From Bugula neritina (Eukaryota; Animalia; Bryozoa), in NCBI GenBank assembly GCA_964035545.1, contig OZ037769.1, positions 6,925,929 through 6,989,928 of the forward strand: 64,000 bases of DNA, in the 5' to 3' direction. Under the pieces are notes generated by a model. It was not told the origin of the DNA and ran no database searches. It saw nothing but the letters and a program-made list of their open reading frames with translations. A program made the translations under genes and the position numbers. This document shows positions 24,532 to 37,800 of the stretch, piece after piece. The first letter of the stretch is position 1; the number at the start of each line of letters is the position of its first letter.

Positions 24532-25258
24532 CTGTAAAGGTTACCAATACGTTACAATAAAGCTTCTGGTGAGCAAAAAACAAAACCAGCTAGAATGATC
24601 TAAGATCATGTACACATTTTTAACTGTACAAAATTATTACAATATTATTTTAGAAAGGTGTGCAAAGATCTGTAAAACATGTAGTTCAATGGCTTGGCTA
24701 TTTTAGAAGAGCCAAATGCATAACCCTTATTTAGGAGTTTTAAAATTAGCAAGACTAATTTGTTCTCTAATAGGATATGTAAGAAAACGTTAGACAATAA
24801 AACCTAAATAGGCATGGTACTGTCAGCAAGCTTAAATTGCCACAAAATTAGTCAAGCAAATAAATAAATTAAATTGATGGCATGATCTTAAAAATAGATA
24901 ATCTTATTTGATAGGTTCGTGTGAATGAATTACAACTCTTTAGCAAGCATATGGCAAAATAATTATTCCTCATTTTGAAAACCTTTGGACGCTGCAATAC
25001 TCACATATGTGGTGGTTGGTGAATCCTGTGAATCATTTGGTAAATCTTGTGAATCGTTTGGTAAAAGAACAGCTGGTAGGCTTATTAAAGTATCATTTGT
25101 ACAGTCAACTAGTGTTATTCCACTCCAAAGCAGAGAAAGAGCAACTAGGCAGGAAAAGCAAAACAGTTCAGCCCTTTACTAGATTGGCATAATAAAGTGC
25201 AGCATAGTAATGGCCATAATAGCAAATTTATTTATTACACTCTTGAGTACAACCTTAC

Positions 25259-28200
25259 ATTTCTACAAACTACATAGCTCTTCTCCCATCTAGCATTCTA
25301 TGGGCATTCATTGTGCAAGTTGAACAGTCCTGAAAATTGCGCATTAAAACAATCTTAAGTAGGTATTAGATATATTGTGGCAAGTTATTGTGAGATTATT
25401 CTGCCCATGTAGCTTCTTCAAACTAAGGTATGGATTAACCGTAAAATATTAACAGTAAATATTAAACTGCATTTACTTACCGGACCAAATGAGCATGCTC
25501 CTGTACATCTTCTATCTATAGTGTTGCAGCTATGTCAAGTGAATGTGCTGTAGAATTTTTGGAATGTTTGATGGATGGAGTAAGATAAGTCTGCAAGATA
25601 AGTTGTGTCGTCCAATGAGTAAGCAACACAAGGTTCTGTATCTGCTTAGTCTAGGATCCTACGGACATCTCCAGTCATCCTGTTATATCAGAAACTGAAA
25701 CAATAATGACAGACATTCTAACAGCTGGATCATCAAACAGAGATCCTTCTGACAACTCGTGTCACATCAACGTCATCCTGACAAACAACTCTGCCCACCT
25801 CAACACATAACAAAGACCTCAAAAGAAATGCCTGCTAAGAGAATGATTGATTTCTGGCTGCAGAAACGTTTCTTTTATTTTGGTCAGCACCAACACCCAT
25901 CCGGCTTCTGGTGACTCATACGAGTCTTGGGTGATTTAGAGTGACAGTTGTGTACGCCAATCTATGCCTATTGGGTTGTTAGAATCGGTTGTGGTAGGAC
26001 AAATGCTGATGTATGTTACCTGTAGGGGAGGTTGAGGGAAGATAAACTAATAAAATAGGAAATAGTGGCCAGTAGTAGTGTGAATTATGCATTCTTTAAA
26101 ACAAATAATCTGTTAGTAATCTCTTTATCATTTTAGGATCATCTTTTGTTGATAAGTAGAAAGTAAACAACATTTGTTCCGTTATATAAAATATTATCAA
26201 TAACTACTTACCATCAAACTAAATAACACTGTTACTTAAGGTACTTAAACCCAGATACCAAAGCCTGTAGTGCTTCAGCTCAACCCAAGCTCAAATAAAG
26301 CCTGTTTTGCAACTTACTGCAGTATGCTAGGGCACATAAAGTTCAATAATATGGATATTGCATTATAGCTTTAGAAAGCAGGTGCTAATATTTGCCATTA
26401 GTATACACAGTAGTCCTAAAATATCACAGTAAACGTTAGAACTAGCAGGCTTATACATCAATCATCAGTAGTTCAACTCTACATCATTATAAGTAGTAAT
26501 AAATGTTGGTGGTGCAGTACAGTAGAAGCAGTACTGACTGGTGACTAGTGACTGGTAATACACTGTACTATGAGGCAGCTGTCAGTAAGCTCTAACTCCA
26601 AAGTTCTTGTTGCAAAAAGTAAACTGTAATAAGAGTAAAGTCTGGCACGTAAGCTACTATTTAAATTTCTCTGTAGCTACAGCTAAATTGAAAACATGCA
26701 GCAGCCCATGAAAGGAGACAATGGTATATCACTATTGCACTCTATCATACCGGCAACTATATTAATTTTCATGTGAAATTATTGTCCCCCTTCCTCTAAG
26801 AAACCCACTTAATTAAGGACTTGTTTTCTATTGTGACAAAGGAGCAATCATGACTGAATGCTCTTCCTAAGTCACCAATAGCCTTTACTGGGATTTAAAC
26901 TGCTGACCACATGCTTACTAAGCCTTTAGCTCTAACCCCTAGACCACTAGCTGCTCCATACCAGCAAGTTCAGATTAGCTTCTTAGAAATTAAACAGTTC
27001 ACTTCCTTGTTAAAATACATTTAGCCATAAAAGACCTATAGCTTTGTATTCTATTTATCTAACCATGGTCTATAGGACTTAAATGCATCTACAAAACATC
27101 TAATAATTCCTCATACAACAGAAAGACCTAATTTACTAAGAACTTTACACAGGGTATCAATTATTGCTCTACAATCAACTGTATACCTTCATATTCTAAC
27201 CTCTAATTAGTGAGCCCATCTTCTTTCAGCTTTTGGCTTTGTTTTATTATGCTTATACTATAATCACCTCAGCTGGTTTGTAGTGTGAGTTGAGTATGCT
27301 GATTAGAGAACCACAAATTAGAGTTAGTATCAGACCCCCTTTTTAGTAGCCAAACCCACGTATATCTCCGGTTCACCACGGGCACTTTCTTGGCTATTCA
27401 AGTGAGGAAGTGATTTTTCATACAGCCTAATTTTGATTGCTCATGGGTATTTACTTTGTTTCCGCATTTTAAAAAGTAATTTAATTTAGCAGAATGCAGC
27501 TAAAAATACTTTGCAAACACAGACATTAATAAATATGTGGGAGTATTAATTAAGACTTCAAGCTGCAGTATAATAGAAAAGCTTTAACATCATCTGAGTC
27601 CTGAATTAAAATATAAGTTTGATTTCCCAGTTTATTAATAAAGCACAAATTTCTCCCAGTTTCCTTTTTCTACCCTTGCGCCACACACGGAGAATTATTA
27701 CAAAGGCTATCTAGGCTCTGCATAAACTGCTGTATATCGGAAATAACTGAAGTTGTAACTGGAAAATGACTGTTTTTTTATTGCATATACATCATACTGT
27801 ATATAAAGTATGCCAAGTTAGCAGATAGCAATTATAACTTGAATGTATAAGATAAAACTGCACATTGTGTAACTTAATGTGCCACGATTTTCTATATGTA
27901 CTAATCATGCTTTTTGATTAAAATTTCGTTAGTGTTTTACAATCTTTATGCAAACTTTTACTACTAGCGTGAATAAGATTTAGATTTGCAATCCAGAGCT
28001 ACAAAAGCTGGAGATATTGGTTATACCATAGCTATAGCAGCGGGGAGTTAGAGTCTCCTTTACTAGAACCCCAAAGCAATTTTGGCAGCCAACTTGAAAA
28101 ACAAGTTTAACCAGGCTGTCAACATTACCAAGTACCTGAAGGTAATACAACAGTCATGTACATGCAAATAAAACTGTGTACATATAAGTACTCACTGGAT

Positions 28201-28329
28201 ATGCTGAATCTAATGTCAGCAGAAGTTAAGTGTTGGCTCTTTCATCCACCTTGACGTTCTGGTGAGCTAGCAACTTTCTTTTGTACTAATGATGTGTGTG
28301 TTGGCAATGCACAAGTATAGCACTAGCAT
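25259..28329 (-). pseudogene. Putative decayed upstream exons of the membrane-protein gene (Cys-rich ectodomain)
   Basis: Candidate exons ~28329-28196, ~26019-25481 and 25329-25259 have GT-AG borders. CNTIDRRCTGACSFGP|DCSTCT spans a phase-0 intron, but the frames contain stops and need frameshifts. Confidence 0.35.
26800..26957 (-). mobile_element. tRNA-derived SINE, copy 3
   Basis: TAAGGACTTG...TGTGACAAAGGAGCAATCATGACTGAATGCTCTTCCTAA...TAACCCCTAGACCACTAGCTGCTCC matches the copy at 688-887. Confidence 0.75.
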
Positions 28330-28866
28330 TTGTCCTTTCAACTGCCTTCCTTTTATGCCGATGCTTTAGTAAGCAACATGAAAGCTTTGTGTATTCAATA
28401 AAAGGGTGCATTCACCTAGCAACCCACACTATAAGCTTTAACGTGAAGTTCATGAGCTATATTTCTGTAATGATTGATTTTCCACTGGTTGCACGAACTC
28501 TACGAATGCTCTGTAACTATTAGTCTGGTGGCAACTGAGGTTTATCTTTCAAGTTTGTAAAAAATTTCATGTAGATACTTTCTGAAACACTTTTTTGGTC
28601 AATTGAAATATGCTGAACATGAAAAAAATACTGTACCTTAACCTAGTTGTGGCTTTCACCCTTAATTTTTAGAATTAAAAGCCGAAATTCTTAAAGCAAA
28701 GTATTAGGAGTTATGCTCTCAATTTAAAAACATAGTCGGGGTTCTAATCCTTAAAAAAGAATATAAGCGGGACGCTAACATAGACCCCCTTAATTTATTT
28801 TGATTACTTGGGCTGTATACAACTGTTCAAATATTCATCCATATTTTTCACTTCCTGTTTGTAAGC

Positions 28867-30486
28867 ATGAACAGATTTTAGCTGATCATAGAATGTGCTA
28901 TTCATTACAAACAAATTGCAAATGAAACACTGCTGATATTGGAAGGAGAAAAGTTAGAAAAAACAAAAGCAATTGCCAACTCTTGGCTACCAACTCTAAA
29001 ACAGCCTGAGTGTGCTATTGCCAACAAGTTTTTGTCTGATGAACTAGGTCTAGATCCAGAAGGTCAAAAATCAAAATGTGATACTAGTCAAAGTCATAGA
29101 TATTACCATGCACAATGCTATGCTAGATTTTGTGCTAAAAGCAAGCTAGAAAGAGCTATGTCTTCTAAGAGAAAGGTGTGTGGTATTTAGCAATTTAGTA
29201 AGATTATTTTTAATTTTAAATATATTTTTATTCAACTTATAACAATAAATTATAATTAATACATACATGCAGTTATATTATTATTATGAAATAAATATCA
29301 TATATTGAATTATTAATTATATTGATAAATGAATAAAATATAATAGATATTAATATTTATGTATTAAATTATCCTAATGTTTTATTATTATTATAACCTG
29401 TGTTATTTTTGATTTTAATATTTTATATACAATTTTGCCATATAAAAACTTTTAACCTAGCATCAATATAATTATTATAGTATAGTTAGTATTATAATCA
29501 TTGTGATGATAAACAGTATAATTATATTATAATAATAATATTTATATTAATTACTAATTGAATATAATCAATGCAAATACAATTTTAAATTAATTTTTTT
29601 GTTTGTTTAATAAAATAAACATGGCTGACATTGTATAACACTTTAGATTCATATGGTACTTTACTAGGTACTCCATGTATCAGAGGAAGAATCACAGAGT
29701 AGAGGTGATGATGAGCCTGCTGTGAAATATACAAGGTCTAAAGCTAATCTCAAAATGACATCAAATGTCCTACCACAAGTCTGTATCATCTGTGAGAAGC
29801 ATCGTAAAAGGCAAAAGCATGGACGCAATGAACCACTTCACTCTGCTGAGACCATTTCATGTGGCAAGCTATTGGAGGCTGCTAAGGGGATGGAGGATAA
29901 TAGACTGAAAACACTGCTTGGAAATCAAGATTGCGTTGCTTTGGAAGTAAAGTATCACAATTCCTGTCGCTCACGATATTTTTTGTCATATAAGAATATG
30001 ATTCAATCAATCAACAAAGAGTATACAGAAGACCCATATTGGAAAAAGTTCTGCGAAGAAGTTATTGAAAGAAGGATAATCACATCAAATGAAAAGCTCT
30101 CTCTTACCCAACTTTTAAAACTGTATGAGACACTCAGCCCACTAGATCATACTCAGCATAGCACAAATTGGCTCAAGTACAGACTACAAAGAGATTATAG
30201 GGGTCAGCTAAAGTTCCACTCCAGTTTACGAAAGAATGCTAGTGACTTGGTTACCAAATGTGATATGGGCTTAGCAGAACTTGAAAAACACATACATAAA
30301 CAATTATCCGAGCCTTCACAACTCGACTCTTCGACATCCGATTCATCGACTTTTGAGCAACCTGAGAACATTCAACCAACTGAACATTGTTCAATCCCGA
30401 TCAACTGCCACAGACTACCGATTGCCCAGAGATGCGGAGTGATCATGAGGAAGCAGATACAAGGTTGGTCTTGCATGCAAAAATAG
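28867..30486 (+). pseudogene. N-terminal part of Academ transposase (two exons)
   Basis: ATG at 28867 with in-frame TAG at codon 5 (or an acceptor there). Exon to 29175 (ECAIHY...YHAQCYARF), phase-0 intron 29176-29667, exon from 29668 (CIICEK...DCVALEVKYHNSCRSRY). Runs out of frame into the XPG part near 30385. Confidence 0.7.
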
Positions 30487-31298
30487 CTAGTCAACATCAT
30501 GAAAATGTAATAATATGGTCTCCAGACACTGATGTAGCTGTTATTGACATTTCACATTGTAGTTCGATTCCAGCACAGATTTTTTTTGCTACTGGTTCAG
30601 GGAAAAATCAAAGACTTGTGTGCCTCTCTGAAATTGCTGATCAGTTAGGAGATGAGAAGTCTAGAAATTTACCGGCCCTACACGCATTCAGTGGGTGCGA
30701 CACTACTTCCAGCTTTTATGGAAAGGGCAAAAAGTCAATTGCCATCACAGCACTGAGCGACCAGAATCATCTCAAAGCCTTATCAGGTTTCGGGCAACAC
30801 TTTCAGTTGTCAGTTGTGCCAGAAGGCATTGAAAACCTAGTTTGCAAGATCTACAACAGTGCAGTAAGCTCGGTCAATGATGCTAGATACGAACTTTTTA
30901 GAACTGGTAGTGCGACAGACAGATCCTTGCCACCTAATTATGATGCACTCACTCTGCATTGTAAACGGGCAAACTACCAGACTAAAGTGTGGCGCTCTGC
31001 TCTCATGCCCATCATGAACTGTCCAAGTCCTGATAATCAAGGATGGAAGATTGTGGATGAACAACTTGAGATAGCATGGCTGAGTGAGCCTCATGCACCC
31101 AGTGACATTTTAAAAACAAGGAAATGTTCTTGCAAAAAGACCAACTGTAAAGGTGGAAAATGTTTGTGTGTACAAGATAAATTGCGATGTACAGCACTGT
31201 GCAGTTGCCTTAATTGTGAGAACAAAATGGTTGAAAATCTTTCTTCTGATGAAGATTTGGATGATGATGACAATCCAGATGAGTGTTTTTCAGCATGA
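30387..31298 (+). CDS. XPG/FEN1-like (PIN-fold) nuclease domain plus Cys8 (CXC-like) zinc finger; C-terminal part of Academ protein
   Basis: Motifs HEEADTRLVLHA, SPDTDV, LHAFSGCDTTSSFYGKGKK, LPP...LHCKRANYQ...W, CSCKKTNCKGGKCLC...CTALCSCLNCEN; first ATG at 30432. Confidence 0.8.
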   Translation: MFNPDQLPQTTDCPEMRSDHEEADTRLVLHAKIASQHHENVIIWSPDTDVAVIDISHCSSIPAQIFFATGSGKNQRLVCLSEIADQLGDEKSRNLPALHAFSGCDTTSSFYGKGKKSIAITALSDQNHLKALSGFGQHFQLSVVPEGIENLVCKIYNSAVSSVNDARYELFRTGSATDRSLPPNYDALTLHCKRANYQTKVWRSALMPIMNCPSPDNQGWKIVDEQLEIAWLSEPHAPSDILKTRKCSCKKTNCKGGKCLCVQDKLRCTALCSCLNCENKMVENLSSDEDLDDDDNPDECFSA

Positions 31299-34200
31299 TT
31301 GTATTCCATGGAATTTATAAAGCATTTGACTTTTAAGGTTACAATTTTGTTCATGAATATTTCAGTAGTTTTAAGTGTCATTAACCTCATCTTTGCAGAA
31401 TGCTACACCTAGCATGAAGTCATATTGATAGACTAAGTGCCTAACTTATTGGAAACTAGTGCATGGCTGCAAGTTAGCTGTCAATCTGTTTTAAATTTGA
31501 GTAATTTAGTCACTATTATATTTCTTGTATTTCATGCATCTAATCCGCTAACTACTCAGGAGGCACATTTTGTAGCCTTAGCTCATTTACCAAATTACTT
31601 CCTGTCGCCTTCATTTATATAGTTTAATCTTTTTAAATACATAGCTTATTACAATAAATACATATTATGTCTAATATTGTTACCAGCTCTATATCACTTC
31701 TTACTGGATAGTCGAACATATTGCATTATACTAGCATATTAAGCCTAAGTTCTCTATACTTGGAAAGTAGTTGGGGTAAAAGGATGAATACCCATCTTTA
31801 GGATAAATCGGTGACTAAATTGAGCTTCGTCTCACATAATATAGATACCTTTTAGTGGTCTTTGTACTGGTTGTATGAACAGTATAATAGAGCTTACGAA
31901 ATGGGGAAAGTTAGATGGAAGTTATAGCCTGAGCTCAAATTGCTTTTTAACCCCCCCCCCCCCCCCCCCCGAAAGCCACTGGTACGTTAAGGTAGACCCC
32001 CGCCATGCTTTTCAGCATAAAATTTTACCCCAGATAAGTGTGTTTCCAGGTATCTACATCATTTTTTTTACGAAACTTAAAAACTAAGCACCTTTTAAGG
32101 CACTTGCCACCGGACTATATCCTCAACAAAGGAAATAATTGCTATTATATACCTAGCATGGGATTTGAATCACCTTACTTGCACCAGGTAAGTGGGGGAG
32201 TAAAGGAACAAGCCTGACCCAACACAAATGAGATCTTAGTATACATAAGTGTTAAATTAACACAGACCATATCAGACTTCCTTAAACTTGGGTAACAACA
32301 GTACAGCTGTCAATATCAAACAATTTATTAGTTTGCCTTAAATCTCAGTAACAGCTGATGAAATCTAAACTAAGTTACCTTTATTTTGAGTTACAGATGG
32401 TGAAAAAGAAATAATTATTAGTAATTAAGACTGCACCATTTTCATTACAGAAAGTTTATTGCTAGCAAAAGTTTTCTATTCAAAAGGAATAGAGGTTTTT
32501 CACTTTTGTAACAAAATGTGCTTGTTTGTGCGTAAATGTGCAATTTCTAAAAAGGGTATTTTAAAATGTCTTATTTTTCAAAGTTTTGAATGTTAAAAAG
32601 GTATCACTTTTAAAACAGCACCAGTTTTGAAAACAAGGTCATGATATGAAACAGCCTCATTTTTATAGAAACGATCCTTAATAACAAGACACCTTAAAAG
32701 CATTACTCATTGCTTGTTTGAAGCTGCGTAGATATTTCACTTGATTAAGCTATGTCTGCTTCTGTTATCTGCAGCTCAGCTAATCTATAATGGGTTAAAT
32801 ACTTCAGCTATTTACTAGTTTACTAAAACTTTCCTAGAATTCATTTACTTTAACTAATGCAGTGAAAACTAGGAAGGTTATACAGTAGAGTTCTAAACAG
32901 TTATCATAATTATATGACTATATAACTAATTTAATGTAACTGATATAACTAATAAATATAAATATTTATTGTAACTATATAAGTTATGACTAACTTAATA
33001 TAACTGATGATTACCAACAGTTATTCAACTAGAACTAGTATAACTAATAACTGACAATTGCTTGAGAATCTAGTGTAGGTATACCCTGAGGCGCTTACAC
33101 TACCATATCATATTTTTAGATCGTATTGAATTACTAACTTAGACAAACAAAAATACACAAAGTCATGAGTTGTGAATGAATCAGTATTTAGGACAAAGAA
33201 AAAGCCAGCTAAATCAGAGAATATATTTTCATAACCAGTTAGTAGGCATGTGACTGCATCATCTATGCTGGATATGTGATGCCTTGAAGCTACTACTAGC
33301 GGCTGAACACAGCTATATGACTAGGTGTATGAATCAACATGAATCATACACCTTATAGATACTGTGTGACTGAGAACATCATATTTCATTATAGTCTCTA
33401 CATTTCAACTGACTCAATTATTAGATTTAGCTTAATCCTTCCTGTGTTTCTCATTTCCTGTTAAATTCAACAGGATAGACCTCATATGTAAGTGGTAAAG
33501 TATACTATCATGTGGCTACATAATAAATATTATAGCGCCAAATACATCGCGGGCAGGTTAGTTTTACTTCTACTGCTTAGGGTATTGTCCAATCAGCCTT
33601 TAGTTTCAACATGCTTGTTCTTGCCATAGTTGATGGAGCACATGCACGCACAAGACCGCAGTGGTCTAAATGAGTCATCTAATAAGTTTATTCTATACTC
33701 TATAGTTACCAGAAGCAATGTCACACTGTCCTAGTTTTTGCAGACATGTGTAAATATGTACACCTAGTTGGTCTTCCGTGCATAATTTGAGTACAAGTAT
33801 TGCAATAGAGCATGTGGAAGATACACCTAAATAAGTTCAAAGCATAGCATTAGAATAATTTTATCACACAAAATATATTTTATTTTCTATATAACACAAG
33901 CACTGAATTAATTCAATTGCACAATCTGAAGAAGTGCAGTATATCCGAAACATTTACAATATTAAAAAACTACTGTACTATAACACCTATTCATCACCTA
34001 AGTAATCCACTTTGTATACAAGTAATAAATTATTCTGCTATAACACATAACCAGGAAGTTATATGTTTTCTTACAGCCAAACACCAAATACATTATGAAA
34101 AGAAGTAAGTTATGACAAAAAATACAACATATCGACAGAGTAATATAACACAGAATGTATTAAACAGCTACCACTAGATTAATATACAGATCAACTATAG

Positions 34201-34810
34201 CTTAAGTCTTTGGTCTGTAATACATTATTATGAAATTACAACATGCTTTAACTCTTTGTATCACATACACTGGCCAATAGGAAACAGTGACACAATTTAA
34301 AACCAACTCCTCCGAAAACAGCGTATAATTTCTCATTGCAAATTGACTTCTTGCATAATAAAATGAAGTAAAATAAAAACAATACAAAATAATAAAGATT
34401 GTAGAACAAAACATAAAAACAAGATAATAGAAACAATATTGAGATTCTAGGTGCACAACGCTGTGAAAAACAAATGAGAGTTTGTATAAGAAATATAGTA
34501 ACATAGAACACAACAGAAAGTGGTCTGGAGGCCAACCTCATGGTATATGACAATGTCTAAGAGTTTGACATACTTGAATATAAATAACTACAAAAATACA
34601 TAAATAAAAACCTAAATTTACACACATTCAGTGGTGTTTACAGCATAGCAGCTGAATTAAAAAGTGTGAGTAACTAATAGACATTATGCTACTTTTCATT
34701 AAGATAATTCCACTAAAATCATCATTAAGTGGATACAATACTGTCCCATATAACAACAAGTCTACACACACACAATATTACATGTGATAAAGTATAGGAC
34801 TCTCAGGTGG

Positions 34811-37800
34811 CTAGTAGGTAGGCTGCCCGTAATAGTCCTCAGTCCCTCCAGTGTGGCTGCCAAAAGATGACTGAGTGCCACCAGCGGCTGGAATGGTAGG
34901 GTCAGCAGTGTACTCTGGTGTCTGGTAGCCTACAGAGTACATGGTATACAGCAATACACCACGTGGTATACAGCAATACACCACATGGTATATAGTAATA
35001 CACCATATGATATACAGCAATACCCGCCACCCGCGCAGGACCACGGCGGTGAAAGGTGACCAAAGGTGACCATATGATATACAGCAATACACCACATGGT
35101 ATAAGTAATGCATCCCCCAAGAGCCGTTTAGTATCGAAAGAACACTTTCTAAGTGATAATTATGTTGACTGCTCACAGGTAAGCATATTTACCAGTGCAT
35201 ATAAAAGGTCAACTACACCACAATACTGTGTGCTACTATGATAATGTACAGAATATAAGCCTATCTCAAATCGCAAGTCATTGTACAGAAATTCATTTCC
35301 TGCAGAAAATTCAGGCCCTGACGGAAATAAAATGACAGTTTTATCATCAGTATAATTATTCAGAAGTCAGAAACAATTGAAAGAGGGACAATATATAAGG
35401 ACAGAGAAAGGACGTTGAAACGCTATATATTACCTACATGCCAAGAATTAAATAGGAAATGTGTACGAATAGCACCAGATGTGCATAGGCAATGTGGAAG
35501 AGGAAACGAATCAAGTAAAATAAACTACAGAAATATTGGCTCTTCCCTTAGCGTTACAAAACATGCTCTGTGTGAATAGATGTGCTACCTGGATCAGAGT
35601 AAACATTGTTGGGATCTGCGTTACCAGCCCCCTCCTTGTCTTTGTGCCACTCAGTTTCCTTGAACAGAAACCAAAGCGAGGCTCCGCATAGACCCATGTT
35701 CAGAAAGCCAAACATCTAAAGATCATACAAATTATGCAATACATTTTTTGCAGCTGAAAAGTGAAGGCAAATGCTGAATCACATCTTAAATATAATATTA
35801 ATATTATATTTAATATAATATAATATCAATATGATAGATTTCAAGGTTCAGGCAAAGTCAAAATAAGTCTACAGTGATGGTAATATTTTGACATGTCTTC
35901 AAGTAACAAACTATCTGATACCTGTGAAATTATTTTCAATTTACATAATATCAAGCTTCTATAAATACTTTTGGGAAATTTATCATTGAGCTTTCAGCAA
36001 CTGTCAACGGCAAACTCAGAGTCAAATTAATTAATTTATACCCACCATTTTCACTGAGTAACTGCTTATAAGCTTAAAGTAAAGAAATGGCATACTACGG
36101 CTGCTAGCAGATATACAGGAGAGTGCAATTCCAACACAATGTACTATATAGCACATTATACATACATACATGTGAAACAACTATGAACATAACATACTAC
36201 ACAACACAGTATACACATGATGACACAACTACAAACATAACAACTATAAACACAATGTATACATATTATAGCGCACACATATAGTGAAACAACTATAAAA
36301 CATAACATGTAATAATTTAGTAAAATCATATATTTTAGAAATATTATATTGATTGTATTTTGTTTTCTTCAATAAAAAAACAACTCCAATGGGCGATAAG
36401 AAATTAAAGGCATCCCATTATTTGAGCAATTGGAGCTAAGTGTTACTAAGGGGTTATAAATTGAATCAAAGTAATAACTAACGGCAGACACGGTGAGGGT
36501 GGAGTTATCCCCAGATCTGATTGGCTGACACATTCCTGGCTGACAATGATCTCCAAGCTCCTCAATCATATTCTCAGGCTGAACGTATTTGGCCATCTTG
36601 TTAAGATTATCAGCCCAAGCAGTAGAGGCAATGAACCAGAGTATTGTCCAAGCAACAGAAACCAGGAAGTCCTGTAATATATTACAGTAGTCAGAAAATA
36701 ATATAAATATGATAATAAATAAAATAATAATAATATATTATGATAAATAAAATAATAATATATGATAATAACAAATAATAATATAATAATAATATATGAT
36801 GATAAAGAATATCATAATGTATATTATTTAATGATGTAATAAAAATATTATTATATAATAATAAATAGAACAATAATATATGCTAGAAGCTAACACAAAG
36901 ATAATACAAGAAGGGACATGGCTTAGATCATTCACTGGGAGTTTATGGAATTCATGGGTTTCAGAGGATCAGGAATTACTTTGGCCAGTGAGTGGAGTCA
37001 GTACTGGAAGATGACAACACAAAGATCTTGTGGGATTTCAACATACACACTGACAGAGTGATTGAAGGCCTGATATTGTGGTAGCTGACAAGAGTAATGT
37101 AGAAACAATAATCATGATATTCCAGTCCCTGGTGACTCTCAAGTAAAAGAGAAAGAATCACAGAGAATAGCAAGATATCAGGATCTGGCACTAGAACTAA
37201 CCAGCCTTTATATAGCATCAACATTGTAATTGAAGCTCTTGGAGCTACATACAAGACTGTAGATAGGAGTAGCTGAGAATAAACACACACTGATTCAGCA
37301 GACAGCCTTACTAGGATCATCTCATATCTTAAGAAAAGTTCTATCCATCCCAGCCTAGTGGAACTAGGCCGATGGTAGAAGGTTACACTAGCAAAAAGCT
37401 GTGACACAACCAGTAAGCACCACATGATAATGAACATAGTAGTAATATAGGACAATCAATATAACAATAATATACGATAATGAATACTGAAATAACATCT
37501 AGTAGTACATAATATTGTAGCATATGATAATAAAAATATAACAATACATTATGGTAATGAGTACTAAAATAACATGCTGATGTATTATGGGTAATGACAT
37601 GCAGGAGTCTGAATCCAGTAAAATACAATAACCTCATACATTTTTAAGTACAATAACTTTGAAGCATAATATGAGCCTTGTCTTGGGAATTTTGTTGCTG
37701 AGGTAAGACAACTTCAATATGTACATGCCTATTCACTTCAATGGTTCTATAAGCAGCTCCGAGTTGGAGGTGACTGAGTGCACTAGTTTGAAGGAAACCC

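Larger units (their letters stand above)
28521..32117 (+). mobile_element. Academ-superfamily (XPG-nuclease/Cys8 type, AcademX-like) DNA transposon, internally deleted
   Basis: Termini TAGTCTGGTGGCAACTG...CACTTGCCACCGGACTA; imperfect TIR similarity extends about 140 bp; 3-bp TSD TAT (28518-28520, 32118-32120). Encodes N-terminal Cys/His motifs plus an XPG/FEN1-like domain and terminal Cys8 finger, the known Academ architecture with TAG...CTA ends. Confidence 0.85.

Noticed and set aside
25481-26019. Idea of C-to-T hypermutation, stop-codon recoding or selenocysteine use to explain many in-frame stops
   Set aside because: About 6 stops in about 110 codons is roughly the random expectation at this base composition, all three stop types occur, and the frame itself is uncertain.
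26210-28329. Faint Wnt-like spacing in candidate upstream exons
   Set aside because: No diagnostic Wnt motifs (WNC, RExAF, CKCHG) are recoverable, and the downstream exon has a TM helix.
30387-31298. Host FEN1/XPG/EXO1 repair gene or tesmin/LIN54
   Set aside because: Lacks the XPG N-region, is intronless here and lies inside TIRs with a TSD, so it is a transposon module.
36976-37455. 159-aa minus-strand ORF
   Set aside because: Antisense shadow of the plus-strand RLE retrotransposon fragment.
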